From Octopus sinensis (lineage: Eukaryota): a stretch of DNA of 64,000 nucleotides. Numbering within the stretch: position 1 is the first letter of the stretch; each line of letters begins with the position of its first letter. A model generated the notes under the pieces. The model had not been told where the DNA came from. It was given only the letters and a program-made list of their open reading frames with translations, and ran no database searches. A program made the translations under genes and the position numbers. Of this stretch, positions 1-12,924 are shown piece after piece. The stretch lies in contig NC_043004.1 in the NCBI RefSeq assembly GCF_006345805.1, forward strand, positions 67,580,001 through 67,644,000. The letters are read 5' to 3'.

Positions 1-276
1 GCCTCTTCAGCAGAAAGCCAAGGCTAGCATATAGGCACGAGGCGATAAGACCCATGCCTCGAGTCTCTATGCTATAACTTTTCAAAATCCACCACTCTCG
101 CGCTGTTTCTCAGCAGTAAATATAACTGCCGATTCAATTTCAAAATTAGCCAAAAAATCCTTTTATCATTAATTAATAAATTTCAGGGTAGCAAAAAATT
201 TTTAGAAAAATTCTCCGCTACTAGCGGTCAAGTGAGAAGGAATAAATAGTCAATATACTATGTAATTAATGATAAA

Positions 277-329
<53 letters not shown>

Positions 330-886
330 CACACATAGATTCATACTGGACACATATATTCATATATATATATATATATGTTTATATATTTATGTTACAC
401 GTGGACTTGCATAAATCAATGTGTGTATGTGCCTATGTATGTGTGTAAACACAAGCTGTTTTAAAAAGTAACACTGTTTCGATTGCCAACGGCTCTGATG
501 TTTCAACAATCCATATATTCGAACTAGCACGTTATTATTATCATCATCTTCATCTTTATTATTATTATTATCATGATTATTAATATCATTATTATTATTA
601 TCGTTGTTCTTTTTATGTTATCATTATTATTACTAGTATTTACTATTATTACTTCTCCTGCTCCTAATACTAACACTAACAATACACTTAATGTTATTAG
701 TACAATCGTAACTCTATTTTTAGTGCGCAGGCAAAATTTTGGCAACACTTAAACTTCCGGTTGACCACGGGAGCATTAACCCCCCTTCAACGAGAATTTA
801 TTAAAGAGAGTTCTGTATTTATCTAGTCATCAATAAAAATGTGTACTGAGTGAAAGCCACTTATAATCTCGAGTCGAGGAATTTAC

Positions 887-1054
887 ATCTGTTGGTGGAT
901 TTAGCATATATATTCAGGAAGTCAGCCAACAGTAAGATTTGTCTGTTTGCCCAGAAATACATTTTCGTATGGTTACGAGCCAAGCCAAGTCGAAGGATTC
1001 TTATCGCAAGATAATCAACTTGGGAGAAAATTGTGCTGCGCTTTATTGTCCGGC
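887..1054 (-). CDS. Candidate internal coding exon of an unidentified host gene (56 codons, phase 1 to 1)
   Basis: Acceptor tcattcttgtgcag|, donor GAT|gtaaat, 168 nt. Only one minus frame is open: (G)RTIKRSTIFSQVDYLAIRILRLGLARNHTKMYFWANRQILLLADFLNIYAKSTNR. Plus-strand frames are also partly open here, so the strand is not certain. Protein not recognised. Confidence 0.35.
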
Positions 1055-1129
1055 CTGCACAAGAATGACATTCACATACGTATAATGTCTCTGTGTGTGA
1101 GTGTATGTTTATATATATTATACATACAG

Positions 1130-1211
1130 ACACACACACACATATATATATATAGACACACATAAACATTGATACATAGATAGACAGATAGATAAATAGA
1201 TAGATAGATAA

Positions 1212-1244
<33 letters not shown>

Positions 1245-1335
1245 CATACAGATAGATAGATAGATAATAGGTAGGTAGGCAGATAGATTGAGAGGTAGAT
1301 AAAGGTGTCTGAATGTGTGTAGGTGTGTATCTGTG

Positions 1336-1381
<46 letters not shown>

Positions 1382-1439
1382 TAGATAGATAGATAGATAT
1401 AGATATATGTAAATATATACATATATATTTACATATATC

Positions 1440-1481
<42 letters not shown>

Positions 1482-1540
1482 ATATATATATTACACACAG
1501 TATACATACACACACATGTACACACACTCACACACACACT

Positions 1541-1590
<50 letters not shown>
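1130..1590. repeat. Compound (CA)n/(TA)n/(GATA)n microsatellite block
   Basis: Directly visible tandem di- and tetranucleotide arrays; they account for the YIYI/LSIY ORFs. Similar blocks recur every 1-2 kb across the window. Confidence 0.97.
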
Positions 1591-1593
<3 letters not shown>

Positions 1594-2989
1594 TTACATA
1601 TAAGAAAATGTCCTTATTGAGCAGGGGGGAGGGAAGCATAACTCAGTTTGTATATGCATGTACATATGTACCACTGCATCCTTGCATGTGTACCTTTCAA
1701 AATATATATGAAAGTATTTCTCATGTTGGCTCTAGTACATTGACCGTGTGTGATTCTCTATATATATGTGTGTGTGCGTATTATATATGTACGTTTGTAA
1801 GCAAACAATCACATACACGCACCGACGTCTGCATATTAGTATATATGTATATATAAGATATGAATATCAATACAGACCATTAAAATATCATCTGCATGAC
1901 TCATTAGAATATCTATATTTGTCAAATATAGATAAGTGTACAGGAAAAGAGAAATTTTAATAACAAGCATAGATTTGAACAGAGGCGTACAAGAGCAGAC
2001 TGATTTTTATGTGCATATACACTAACTCACGCTGCCTGACAGATGCATATCTATATGCAGACATTTCACATTAGCATATACATGCACAATTGCATAATTA
2101 TTTTGTGTATTGCTCTTCAAATGCGTTACTTCAATTTACTTCCAACGTGTTACTACTTGTTGACAACGTTATCGCATTAGTAATTATCATCTGAAGCTTC
2201 CGTTAGTTTATGTATAGATTCGTATGTATATGAATATGTAAGTAATTTTTTAAAATAATTTAGATGAAATACAATAACAAAGTCAACGTAAAGTATACTA
2301 GCCATCTCAATATGGCTAAGCACTAAGGGTGGGTGTTACTGTAGCTTTTTAGCCCCAGGAGATCATCGTCTCCAGCTGGCTTTAGGCACACTTTCTGTGC
2401 TTTTATGGTATTTTCAAAGGGAGGTCATCCCTCTCTCGTAAACCTAAGTGACACGCACGGACTGCAGTTTCTAGGTATTTGCTTGTCTTCGGCGTACGGC
2501 AGTCACCGGTTCGTTCAATTTCGCCAATATAAGATTTTTCTTGGCAACGGTGTTTATCATGAGGCAGAACGATATTAATGACTGTATACGAGTGAAAGAT
2601 ATAAAGATGCGTTTCACATAAATTTGTGCAAATTTCTTTTCCCTGAATCTGAATTAGCGTTAACTATGAATAACGGAAGTCTTGATCTTGGACTTCATTA
2701 CGCATGTTTTCTTTATTCGCCACGAGATCTCAAAGGTATCTCATTATTTCTTTGACAAGCAGAATGTGCTTGGCATGGAATTTTTCATTGAGAAAGTCAC
2801 CATTGGTTTCAGTTGTCTTCTTTCGGATTTTTTTTACGAATCCCTATCTTCTCAGCTTCATACAGAGAAGCTCGCCACTTCCTAACTTAACAATCAAAAT
2901 ATAAACAAAAGGAAGAATGCAATAAAGTGTTCCCTGCAACAGTTTATGATTCCACCAATTCGCAATACTCTATTGTATTGGTTTCAAAT

Positions 2990-3185
2990 TTTGGCGCAAA
3001 GCAGCAATTTTGTGAATGAGGATAAGTCGATTACATTGACACCCCGTGTTCAAGAGGAACTTATTTTTTCGATCCGAAAGAACGAACGCCAAATCGATCT
3101 TCACAGAATTTTATCTCAGAATGTAAAGACGGACTAAATGCCGCTAAGTATTTTGCTTGGCCTGCTAACGATTTTGCGAGCGAGT
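2990..3185 (-). mobile_element. tRNA-derived SINE, family B (degenerate copy)
   Basis: Homologous to copies at 10795-10930, 11005-11170, 44768-44955 and 61355-61510. The sense strand starts with a tRNA-like head; a B-box-like GAGTTCAAATTC is clearest at 61398-61409. Confidence 0.8.
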
Positions 3186-3693
3186 CACGTTATCAAGAAC
3201 TAGTATATTAATTATCCATTTGAGTTAGAGCGGATCTCCGTGGAATCCGGTTACTAAGCAGACGGAATGAATTCTACATTACAATTTGTCCGATGCGCTA
3301 GAAATATGTTAAACTCGCCACTCACCAGTTTTTATCGAATGGGTTTAGGTGGTTCTTTCTAACCCACTACTAGAATGATACTATATGTAAAAGTGAGTTT
3401 AGAAGGATATATTATCCAGGTGGATACCGTGTTAGCACTCAGTTAACGGCTAACTACAACGCTCAGTATCCAATATCTGTGTTTACAATTATTTGTTACT
3501 CATTCTGTAAATTCTTCCGTTGGGTAATTCCGTGTGTCCTACGCTGGACTGTAAATTTTCCCAGGAGTATATATCATATTGGTATTAATAATAAGGAGTA
3601 TGGATATTTTTATATTTAAAAAAATTATTCTATATTCATATGTATATTATATTTAACATACAGCTTATTAACATAATATGGTGTATATGAATG

Positions 3694-3743
<50 letters not shown>

Positions 3744-4990
3744 TATATATACACAGACATATCAGTGAGTGGATGGAGTACGTGCGTATGTTGGACGGTA
3801 TGTATGGAGGGCATAAACAAACGTTGTTGTGTTTATGACCTCACAACTTGATAACAGGTATTGGATTCGTTACGTCCCAGTAACTGTCCGTTTCGGAGTT
3901 TGAGACCAATTAAATAAGTTCCGGGTCGATATGTGTGACCAAACGCTTCAAGGTAGTCCCGGAGCATGTCCGTAGTGCAAAGGCTGAAACGAGTTAAACA
4001 TAAATGATGAAAATTCGATATACATGAAAGATGACATAGTTATTGCAGGAAAGCATTTGATAATACGTATTCATGATCAGAAGTTAGCTAACATCAAGGA
4101 ATACAAATTCTTCTTGTGCATTTAGAATACCCATTATTCTTTATTTGCTTTATATATATGGTGCACTCCATATTGGCATCTAGTTATTTAGCCGCAAACA
4201 TAAAAACATTAACTATAACAATAAAATATTTTCAAGACTATATTGGTGATGAGGAAAAGTTTAAATCTCGATAATTTATATCAGCAAAAGTAGAATAAAT
4301 AAAGAATATCGCGTGTGAATTTGAATACAGTACCTCGATAATGTGCAAGATTATATAATGTTATCTAAATAAAGAACCAATTTCTATGACTACTGTATTA
4401 CAACAAATACGTCAACAGCCAGCATAACAGAAATTACAGATCATTGTGTCTCGTTAAACTAGGTTCCACTTCGAGCAAATTGTTTGTTAAGTCAGTTACA
4501 TTGTTTGCGTGGAATAACAATTTCATAAGTTTATATAGACTTGAAAGTGTTAAAATTTTCTTCTGCACTTTCACAAAGTTGTTATCACTACTTTACTGTA
4601 CTCTGTTCACGAAAGCATACTAAAATTTATCTACTTTTCTTCCAATAGAAGGGACAGATCTTAAGTTATTTCTAATACAATTCTGGCCATTATAAGAGGT
4701 TAAAGCCATTATAAATCGCATCAGAGAAGTTCAGTTCAGGACTTCATCTTCTGCCTACTTGCTCCTGCTTCAAACTCCTCAAGTTTCCATCCATCCACTC
4801 CCATCAGCGCTTTTTACTTTAGCCACATTCAGCATCTATTTATTCTATATCATTTGTTATTATGTCTAAATATATTACACGGAAAACAAGCACAAACATT
4901 CCTATCTATATAATGCAGAAAGATCAGAAGGAAATTTAATTTCATTACAATTCTAAGTCTTTTCAAGCATGAACAATCACTTTTTCTTAC

Positions 4991-5052
4991 TTCACTGCTT
5001 GTACAGACATCCGACCATGCGTTCAACCGTTCTGCTGGCCATTTTGCCACAC
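4991..5052 (-). CDS. Candidate 62-nt exon (phase 1 to 0)
   Basis: Acceptor caatttag|, donor GAA|gtaaga; open frame (G)VAKWPAERLNAWSDVCTSSE. The polypyrimidine tract is weak. Confidence 0.25.
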
Positions 5053-5127
5053 CTAAATTGATATACGTATTTCCAAACACATATAGGGAAATAGATATAT
5101 AGGTAACATATTCATAAGTTGAAACAG

Positions 5128-5158
<31 letters not shown>

Positions 5159-5404
5159 CATTTGTATGTGTATATCTGTATGGATTGCGATGTGCGTGTG
5201 TATGCGATTTAAATAGATATATATATATATATATGTCTGTGTGTGTGTGCATGTGTGTGTATGTATTTGTGTATGTATGTATATATACTCACGCACACAA
5301 ACACATACAAAGGTTTGTTGATAGGCGCGTAAGTAAATACATATCACATAGACAAACGTTCAAAGAGAAAATCACACACCTATACACACACACACACACA
5401 CATA

Positions 5405-5447
<43 letters not shown>

Positions 5448-5462
5448 TTATGTAAAGGGTAT

Positions 5463-5504
<42 letters not shown>

Positions 5505-7014
5505 ATACCCTTTACATAAGTATTTACATAGTGCATATGTGCATTCATAATACATCTGCTCTACAGAAGGAAGCACACAGTTATATATCCACAAACACAC
5601 ACACACACACACATGTATATATGTGTGTATAAGTACATATAAGTTTCTTCGTGTGTAGATGTGTGATCTCACACGTAGCCATCCAAAATAAATATGTATC
5701 TATGTATCTTCCTAATAAGACTAAATTTGGACAACTATTTAGTAGCTGCCATTAAAATTCTCCGCTCTAGTTTATTTTTGGCTAAATCTGTACAAACATT
5801 AGTGTCTTCTGTCATTATCATCTCGGCTCGACTGTCTGATGCAATGCTACAAAGATTCCAGAAAACTCCATTAAAATACCGAATGGAAAACGAATGGTTC
5901 CTAACAAAGTCTAATAAAGAAATAGACGTTTTAATAGGTTTTGTTTTATTCTTCGTCTTGAAATAAATTAAACCGGCGTTCTTAGAACATTTTAAAATGA
6001 TTGATTAATCATCTGCTTCCCTCTGCATTTATTTGTGTGGGTATTTATCTATTTTTTATGTTATTTTTCCCGTTCTTGAAGTTGTTGTTGTTGTTGCTGT
6101 TGTGCTTGTGGTTGTTTGAATGAAAACGACTTACGTCATTCGAGAGAGTGAGAGAGAGAGAGAGAGAGAGAGATGGGGAGAGGAGAAGGGGAAAAAAATT
6201 AATGTGTGCTTTTATTGTGGCACTTATGTGAGAAATCAAAATCTTCAAATTTAGGATAAAAAAAGACATATAAATACAAAGGAAAATGACTAAATATTAA
6301 AACATCTTAATCCCCTTTGATTTTTGGTCTGTTTTTTTCTCATTATTATTCGTTTATTTTTTGTTACTTTGATATCTCTCTTCTTTCTTCCCTTTCATCT
6401 CCAAATGGCATAATCTATATTTAGTTCCATAAATAGAAATGTTATTGAAAGGGACTTAATTTATAATTTATATAAGTAGCTGAGTGTGTCTTTGTATTTT
6501 AATATTTTATACTGTGGCTGCAAAATAGGTTTGATATTTCATGTCTTCTATAATACTGAATCGGGTTGTATTTCCCATTTAAACAATTCCAGAGCAATCA
6601 TATAGATAAATTCTATCACGTGGCTTTCAGAGAATAAGAGAAACCAACATTTCAGTATGTCATTAGAAAGCGTCTGACTTTTACCAACATCGGAGAACAC
6701 ACTAATTGCAGTGTTCTTTATGTTTAGTCTTTACTTTCAAGGACAAACTGCCTTTGGCCTAACATCCTTTATATCAGGCATTGCATCATTATACATATCA
6801 GACATTGCATTATAGAAAAAAATTATTCTAATTATTGCAATAAATCCATTTACTCCGAGTTCTGGAAAAGAAAATGTATTTTGCTCCCGGCCTACAAAAA
6901 TACTACTTCCCTAAACGTCTTGTAAAATCTATATTAGTAGAAAGCCTGAATAACTGAGCAGCATGACACGATCACAAAAGATCACTGTTATGAATAACTT
7001 ATGTATACACACAT

Positions 7015-7100
<86 letters not shown>

Positions 7101-7119
7101 ATGTGTGTATATATATATC

Positions 7120-7491
7120 TTAGGCCCTCCTTCGGTCATGGCTGACCATGGATGATATCATCTATCCGTTGAATTGTCTATTCAGTTTTTGCAACGCCTC
7201 ATGTGGCTGTAGAGACCGATGCAAGAGTGACAGTCTCGTTTGCAGAGGTCACAGCTATGCGTTGAATCCGGTCCATTTGGCTGTCATTTCTTTTCTGCGG
7301 GTTCGGTTTTCAGCTGCTGCCACCCTCAAATTCTCTTCGCCGGTCTGCAGCTGTTTGTGAAGGGTGCCTTCTCAGCTGGTTCGATCGGCTGCGAGATCTT
7401 CCTAGGCATTGGTGTTGATACCTAGTGCCTTCATATTCCTTCCGCACACGTCCAATTACCTCAGCTTCGGGCGGCCAATATTTCTCCGCCC
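7120..7491 (-). mobile_element. RTE-clade LINE, 5'-truncated 3' end
   Basis: Minus translation (with stops) GRRNIGRPKLR*LDVCGRNMKALGINT ... LCKRDCHSCIGLYSHMRRCKN*, typical of the RTE ORF C-terminus, followed by a short 3' UTR. Confidence 0.85.
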
Positions 7492-7546
7492 AGGGACGTG
7501 TGCGGAAGGGATATATATATATATATATATGTTTATATATATCCAA

Positions 7547-7710
7547 ACGACAGGGTTTTTTTAGTTTCCGTCTACCATATCCATTCACAAGGCTTTGTTC
7601 GGTCCGAGGCTATACTAGAAACACTTGCCCAAGGTGTCACACGGTGGGGCTCAACCAGAAACCATACGAGTGCAAAGCAAACTTCTTACCACACAGCCAC
7701 AACTGCACCG
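7547..7710 (-). mobile_element. tRNA-derived SINE, family A, head module
   Basis: Matches the head of the best copy at 50450-50860. Confidence 0.8.
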
Positions 7711-10569
7711 AATATGTATATATCAACTCTTTCTCTATTGACAAGAAATCTTGAGACAAGAATGAACAATGACATGCATGCATACTTACATACATGCATA
7801 CATAACTACATACATACATACATACTTATGAGTGTTCGTAGATATATATTCCTTTGTAAATAGATAATACGTACATGCAACGTGGCGCCGTCAACATCAA
7901 TCTACGCGATGTAAAGCACCATTAAAACGCATTTTTCAAACATTTTCTTTGGCAATTACGTTCATCCTTTTAAAAATCAGAGAAATACCATATACTTAAT
8001 AAACCTTGGTTGCCCAGATCGAATAATGAAATATATCCTACTCCACGTGGAATTTAGCTTTCATGAAGAAGGTTGATATTGATAAGGTCGCTAATTCCAT
8101 TACCAACCCAAGCAGTAAAGTGATATCTGTTAATTAAGACAACACACATATGTTCCTCTCTGTTCTAGCTCTTTAAATCTAAACCGAGTTCTACTTGTGT
8201 GCTACGAAAAAATCCCTATATGATCATTCACTTGGCTAATTGTATCAGTTTAAATAATACTGGGATGAAATTAATCCACACGTAATTTTTTTTACTATAG
8301 AACATGAAAAGCACTTACTGCCGTAGAAAGAGATTGTTTTTGCAGCTTTTGTAATAGAACTTGATTTTCTAAGAACCGGCAAAAATCTGACATAAACACT
8401 AAGAATCAGGCATAATCTACAGTAAGAAAGACCAATGATAATGTAAACAACCTGCTCTCGTCATCACTAATCTCTTGGACTTCTTCACACTTCGTTAACT
8501 CGATGTTTAGTAAAGCTCAGACCATTATGAAACCAGAGTTCGCAAATAATTCTTCGAGTTTTTCTTAGCTGTCGTTGAACGAAATGAAGTCCTTAACGAA
8601 ATGTTAAAAGTTACCGATGGTGTTGCTGGACAACACATGGAAATATGCGATATTAATTATTAGATTACTAGTATCTTCCTAAACACAGCTGCTGCTAATC
8701 TTAAAGAATACTAAAGGGAAATCTGTAGCCCACGTGTTAACGAAATTACTAAACAGAAGCGATCTATTCAGAAAACAAAACTTAAAGGAAACCATTGCAA
8801 TTTGCGCGGCCTTATTAGATGAATAACTTCAATATTAAAATGAAAGTGTAATAATGAGTATCAATTAAATCTTAGTATGAAAAAACAAAACGCTCAACAT
8901 GTGTCTCTTTACGCAAAGTCCATGATGGACAGCTAATTAATTTAAAGCAAGAATTATTGTAGAAAAATTGTTCATGGGTCTAGTATAGAATTTTAATTTG
9001 CTTCCGATCCACAGACATGTTAATTAGAAGATGAAGAGAGGAAAACATTACATTTAAGAAGGAGGGTCAGCAATTATCTACTCTAAGATCTGGAACGAAA
9101 GGAAAGTATTCAAACAGAATACAGCTTGGCTAAATTGAGATAAGAAAACCGACTGTATCAATAATAAAAGGAAAACGATTAACCCTGAAACTTTAACCGT
9201 ACTAAAATAAAGGAGGGGCCTAATAGTGGGACACTAGTACAAGGGAGTGAACTTCTACAGAGATCCATTAATATTCATAAAGACAATGGACATACCAAGC
9301 TGGCTTGGCACTAGGAACTTATTTGCTATAACATAGTCAAAGACTGAAACCGATATGTTGGTAGAGATCTATAGGCACATTTCTTGTATAAACACTATGT
9401 ACAGAATTTGCACACGCTAACTCACATAATTCCTTCATTATGAGATGAGTATACAGGTCGAAAGACGAGAACTCTTATTACAACGGTCCTTCCATTTTCT
9501 AAGTCCATGTAAAAGAACTCGAAACGTTGGGCTGCCAATCTGGCCTTAAAGCCAGGAACTTTCAGAAACCTCTCCTGGTATAGCACTGTCGATGTTATAC
9601 AATGCGTTATATTTGTTTCTAAACGTTTAAATGTGATTTGGATGAAATGAGGCCGTTATGCGTAATAGGCAACGTCAAAATTCCTCGCAGATAATCGTTC
9701 GCACATTCGTCTCTTGTCGTCACTGTTTTATTCTTCTTTAGCTACATGATAGCTCTGAGTGAAAAAAAAAATGTGATTTTTTTTCCAGCAAAAAGAGCTG
9801 TGTCATTCTGACAAGCATTGGCCATTTAGTGCTACGTTCTTAAATAGGATCTTCTATTAAGAATGTAGTGTATAGATTGAAAGAGATTGACTGCCATATC
9901 GAAACGGTTGATGTGGTAATATAGATTCTCCTCCGATGTTTAGTAGCACCAGAGTGATAATTATTGCCGGTTTGTTATTTAGCTCACTCTGTTATTTATG
10001 AAATTACTTTAGTGATTTTAATTAAGGAATTTTCTAATTATACACTTTGTCTTATCACATGATCATTTCACATCGGGCAACAAGATACCTGCATTCATCA
10101 TTTCCTGACGTTAAACAACGAGTCGGCATAAATTCAAAGAGCATCACACAGAAACACAGAAACACACACACACACACACACACACACACCACACACACAC
10201 ACACACAAACGCACACATATATACAGACACCCATATCAATTAAATGTAAGAGATACAAAGGATAATGCAGTAATTTTGAATAACTAGTCTTAATTTCGTA
10301 GTTATTCACAGGTCCATTATCTCGACGACGAATGTTACAGTCAACCAAATTATTGTGAATATATTACCTATGAAAATTTCTTAGATATTGATAATAGGGC
10401 TCGGCCGTAGGGAAGCCGACTAAACATCATTTCAGCAAAGATTTTTTTTCCTTAGAATATAAAAAATCCTTATTTCCCCATGGCATGCAAACTTATTGAA
10501 ATTTGCTCACAAGACCAACTACATTTGGCTGAGGCAAATCCTTGCTATTTTACTTGGATCTAATATATA

Positions 10570-11170
10570 CCACCTCAAAATCATTGGCCGCCGGAAATAT
10601 ATACCCCATGGTATTTGTTTCATCTTCTGTCTTGCGTTCAAATTCCATTCGGTCTGCCTTACCTTTCCTGTTAAAAACTCCATCATTTTGTCTAAATTCG
10701 AAGCAATATATTTCTGTAGCAAGCTGGAAGGAACGTGGGTGTGCCAGAGAAAATATCCTTTCTACAATAGGGGCAAACCCAAAACTTTTTCAGGAGCGGG
10801 GACAGCCGATACAATCGATCCCAGTACGCAACTGGTACCTTACATTATTGACACCGAAGAATGATATGCAAAGTCAACCTCGACAACTCAGAGCGTAAGA
10901 ACGAACGAAATACCTGCCTTTACGTTCTGCGTTCATGAGTCTGCCAACTCGCTGTCTTAGTGCTACAGAAAATACTTGTTCTTGCACTGCCTTATCAAAT
11001 CTCATCAAGGCGGCGTGCTGGCAAAAAACTTTAGCACGCCGGGCGAAATGCTTAGTGGTATTTCGTTTGTCTAATATTGCCTTTCCTCCTTTCGGGGTCG
11101 TTAAATTAGGTACCAGTTGCATACTGGGGTCGTTTTAATTAGCTGGCCCCCTCCCCCAAAATTTGGGACC
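10570..11170. mobile_element. Cluster of three degenerate family B SINE copies (about 10570-10700 +, 10795-10930 -, 11005-11170 +)
   Basis: Shared motifs gaccccagtatgcaactggtacc, ttagcacgccgggcgaaatgcttag and ggaatttgaac in alternating orientations. Confidence 0.7.
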
Positions 11171-12496
11171 TAGAGTAGAAAAGAATATAAAATCTTAGCG
11201 ACTTTTGTGGTGTTTTTCATCCTTCTGAGTTTAACAAAACTCACATTTGAGCCCAGGGGATTTGACTGACACAATTATTAGAGTTTTTGACGAAACATCT
11301 TGCCTTAATTTTTCCAATTTTTGGTGTATGATTGTCTACGTGGATATGAGAAACATGCCTGTATCCAGTCAAGACAAAATTGGCATCTCTTATCAAAAGA
11401 AAAACCGAAGGATGACAACAGGTGTGCACCTACAGGTTGTCCTATGAAAGTATAAATTGCATATCCTGCAGACCAACGAAGGCATCAGGATATACTTCAA
11501 TGATATTATGACGGAGAAATTAAAGGATATTACTGTTACCTATTGTAACGAATATGGAAGGGTTCAAAAACAAATTCTCCATGGTAGTTGGATTAAGACG
11601 TATACATTTACAACGCATGAAATATCGTATGTAGCTGTAAATAGATCTACCACGTTATTGCGACTGTTGCATCTTTTTCAGCCCTAATTCTACAATCGAT
11701 AGCATCATTTCCTTCAGGAATTGTATAAAATATAGTGTTTAATGACATATATTATTCCTTGTTGAAGACGCTATCGTACATTTTAAGGAAAAGATGCACA
11801 TGATTCTAGAGTAATAATATTTTACAAACAAAACAGAGGGCAAACTGTGATGGGTTTACTCTCACAGTTGCCCTAGAATGTTGACTTAAATAAAATGAAA
11901 TAGTGGATGAATTAGTATCAAACAAACTGTTTGAAAGACTGGAAGCTGAGTTCTAGAATGACTTCCTTCGTGGGTCTCTTCAATCATATACAGTGTGGCA
12001 TTGAATAATAACATCTCCAACAATTAAACTACAATAATGAATGTGTTTTCCCCAGATCGCCAACATTGTATTTGATCTTCTGTTACTTACGTTTCAGCGC
12101 TTACATCTGCGAAACAACCAATATTAATCTAATTTACAATTATATAAAATTATTTATCAATTAAAGATCTGTAATACATGACGGAGTTACAAAGCTTATC
12201 TGTTACTCGGCATAATTAACAAAATATTAAATTTACACAAACATTTCTATCACAATTGATTAATCAAGAAAATATTTCAATTTTTTAGTTCGTTTCCATC
12301 AACAGATTTTCTTCTCTCTATATGTTTTTATATATATATATATATACATATATTTTTCAATGTAATTTGTTTTTATCGATCTCTGAGTGATTAAATTTTT
12401 TCATATTCTTATTTCGATATTTGTTTTTTTTTAATTTTATATAACATCCTACATATTTTCTTCGCCTATATTTCCTTAACTGTGAAATATCACACG

Positions 12497-12535
<39 letters not shown>

Positions 12536-12924
12536 ACATACATACATACATACATACACATATATATATATAGAGAGATGTAGATGAATGTAACATATCT
12601 CAAAGTAAAGGAAATATTAACGAAGAACATGAATATATGTATACGTATATATTGATATATATATATATATATACTATATACATATGTATATATGTATATA
12701 TATACATATGTATATGTATGTATACATATACATATATATATATATATTATTATATATTATGAATGTATATATAGATATAACATATTATAATATGTAATAC
12801 ATACACATATATATATATAAATATATATATATGTGTTAATATATATATGCAAATATATATATATATGTATATAAAGATATATATATATATATTATATATA
12901 TATATATATATTATAATATATATA

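Noticed and set aside
1-17. Minus-strand CTTT-CTGCTGA-A-GAGGC, resembling the PLE hammerhead start
   Set aside because: Cut by the window edge, so stem II, GAAA and the cleavage site cannot be seen; cited only as a possible extra copy.
157-280. 18-19-bp inverted repeat (atccttttatcattaatta / taattaatgataaaggat)
   Set aside because: Short and AT-rich; probably the internal structure of an unclassified repeat truncated by the window start.
947-1085. Plus-strand exon reading (acceptor tttgcccag; IHFRMVTSQAKSKDSYRKIINLGENCAALYCPAC)
   Set aside because: Weak donor (gtataa), and it is the codon-aligned antisense of the minus candidate. It cannot be fully excluded.
2600-2882. Minus-strand protein-like stretch after a good acceptor
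   Set aside because: Stops in all frames, no donor, and no family recognised.
9495-9520. GAACTC-GAAACGTT-GG hammerhead half-motif
   Set aside because: The CUGANGA box is not recoverable.
10663-10713. Apparent 51-nt minus exon KYIASNLDKMMEFLTGK with good splice sites
   Set aside because: The donor and flanks lie inside a degenerate family B SINE, so it is most likely coincidental.
12091-12106. 16-nt minus microexon with good splice sites
   Set aside because: Too short to distinguish from chance.
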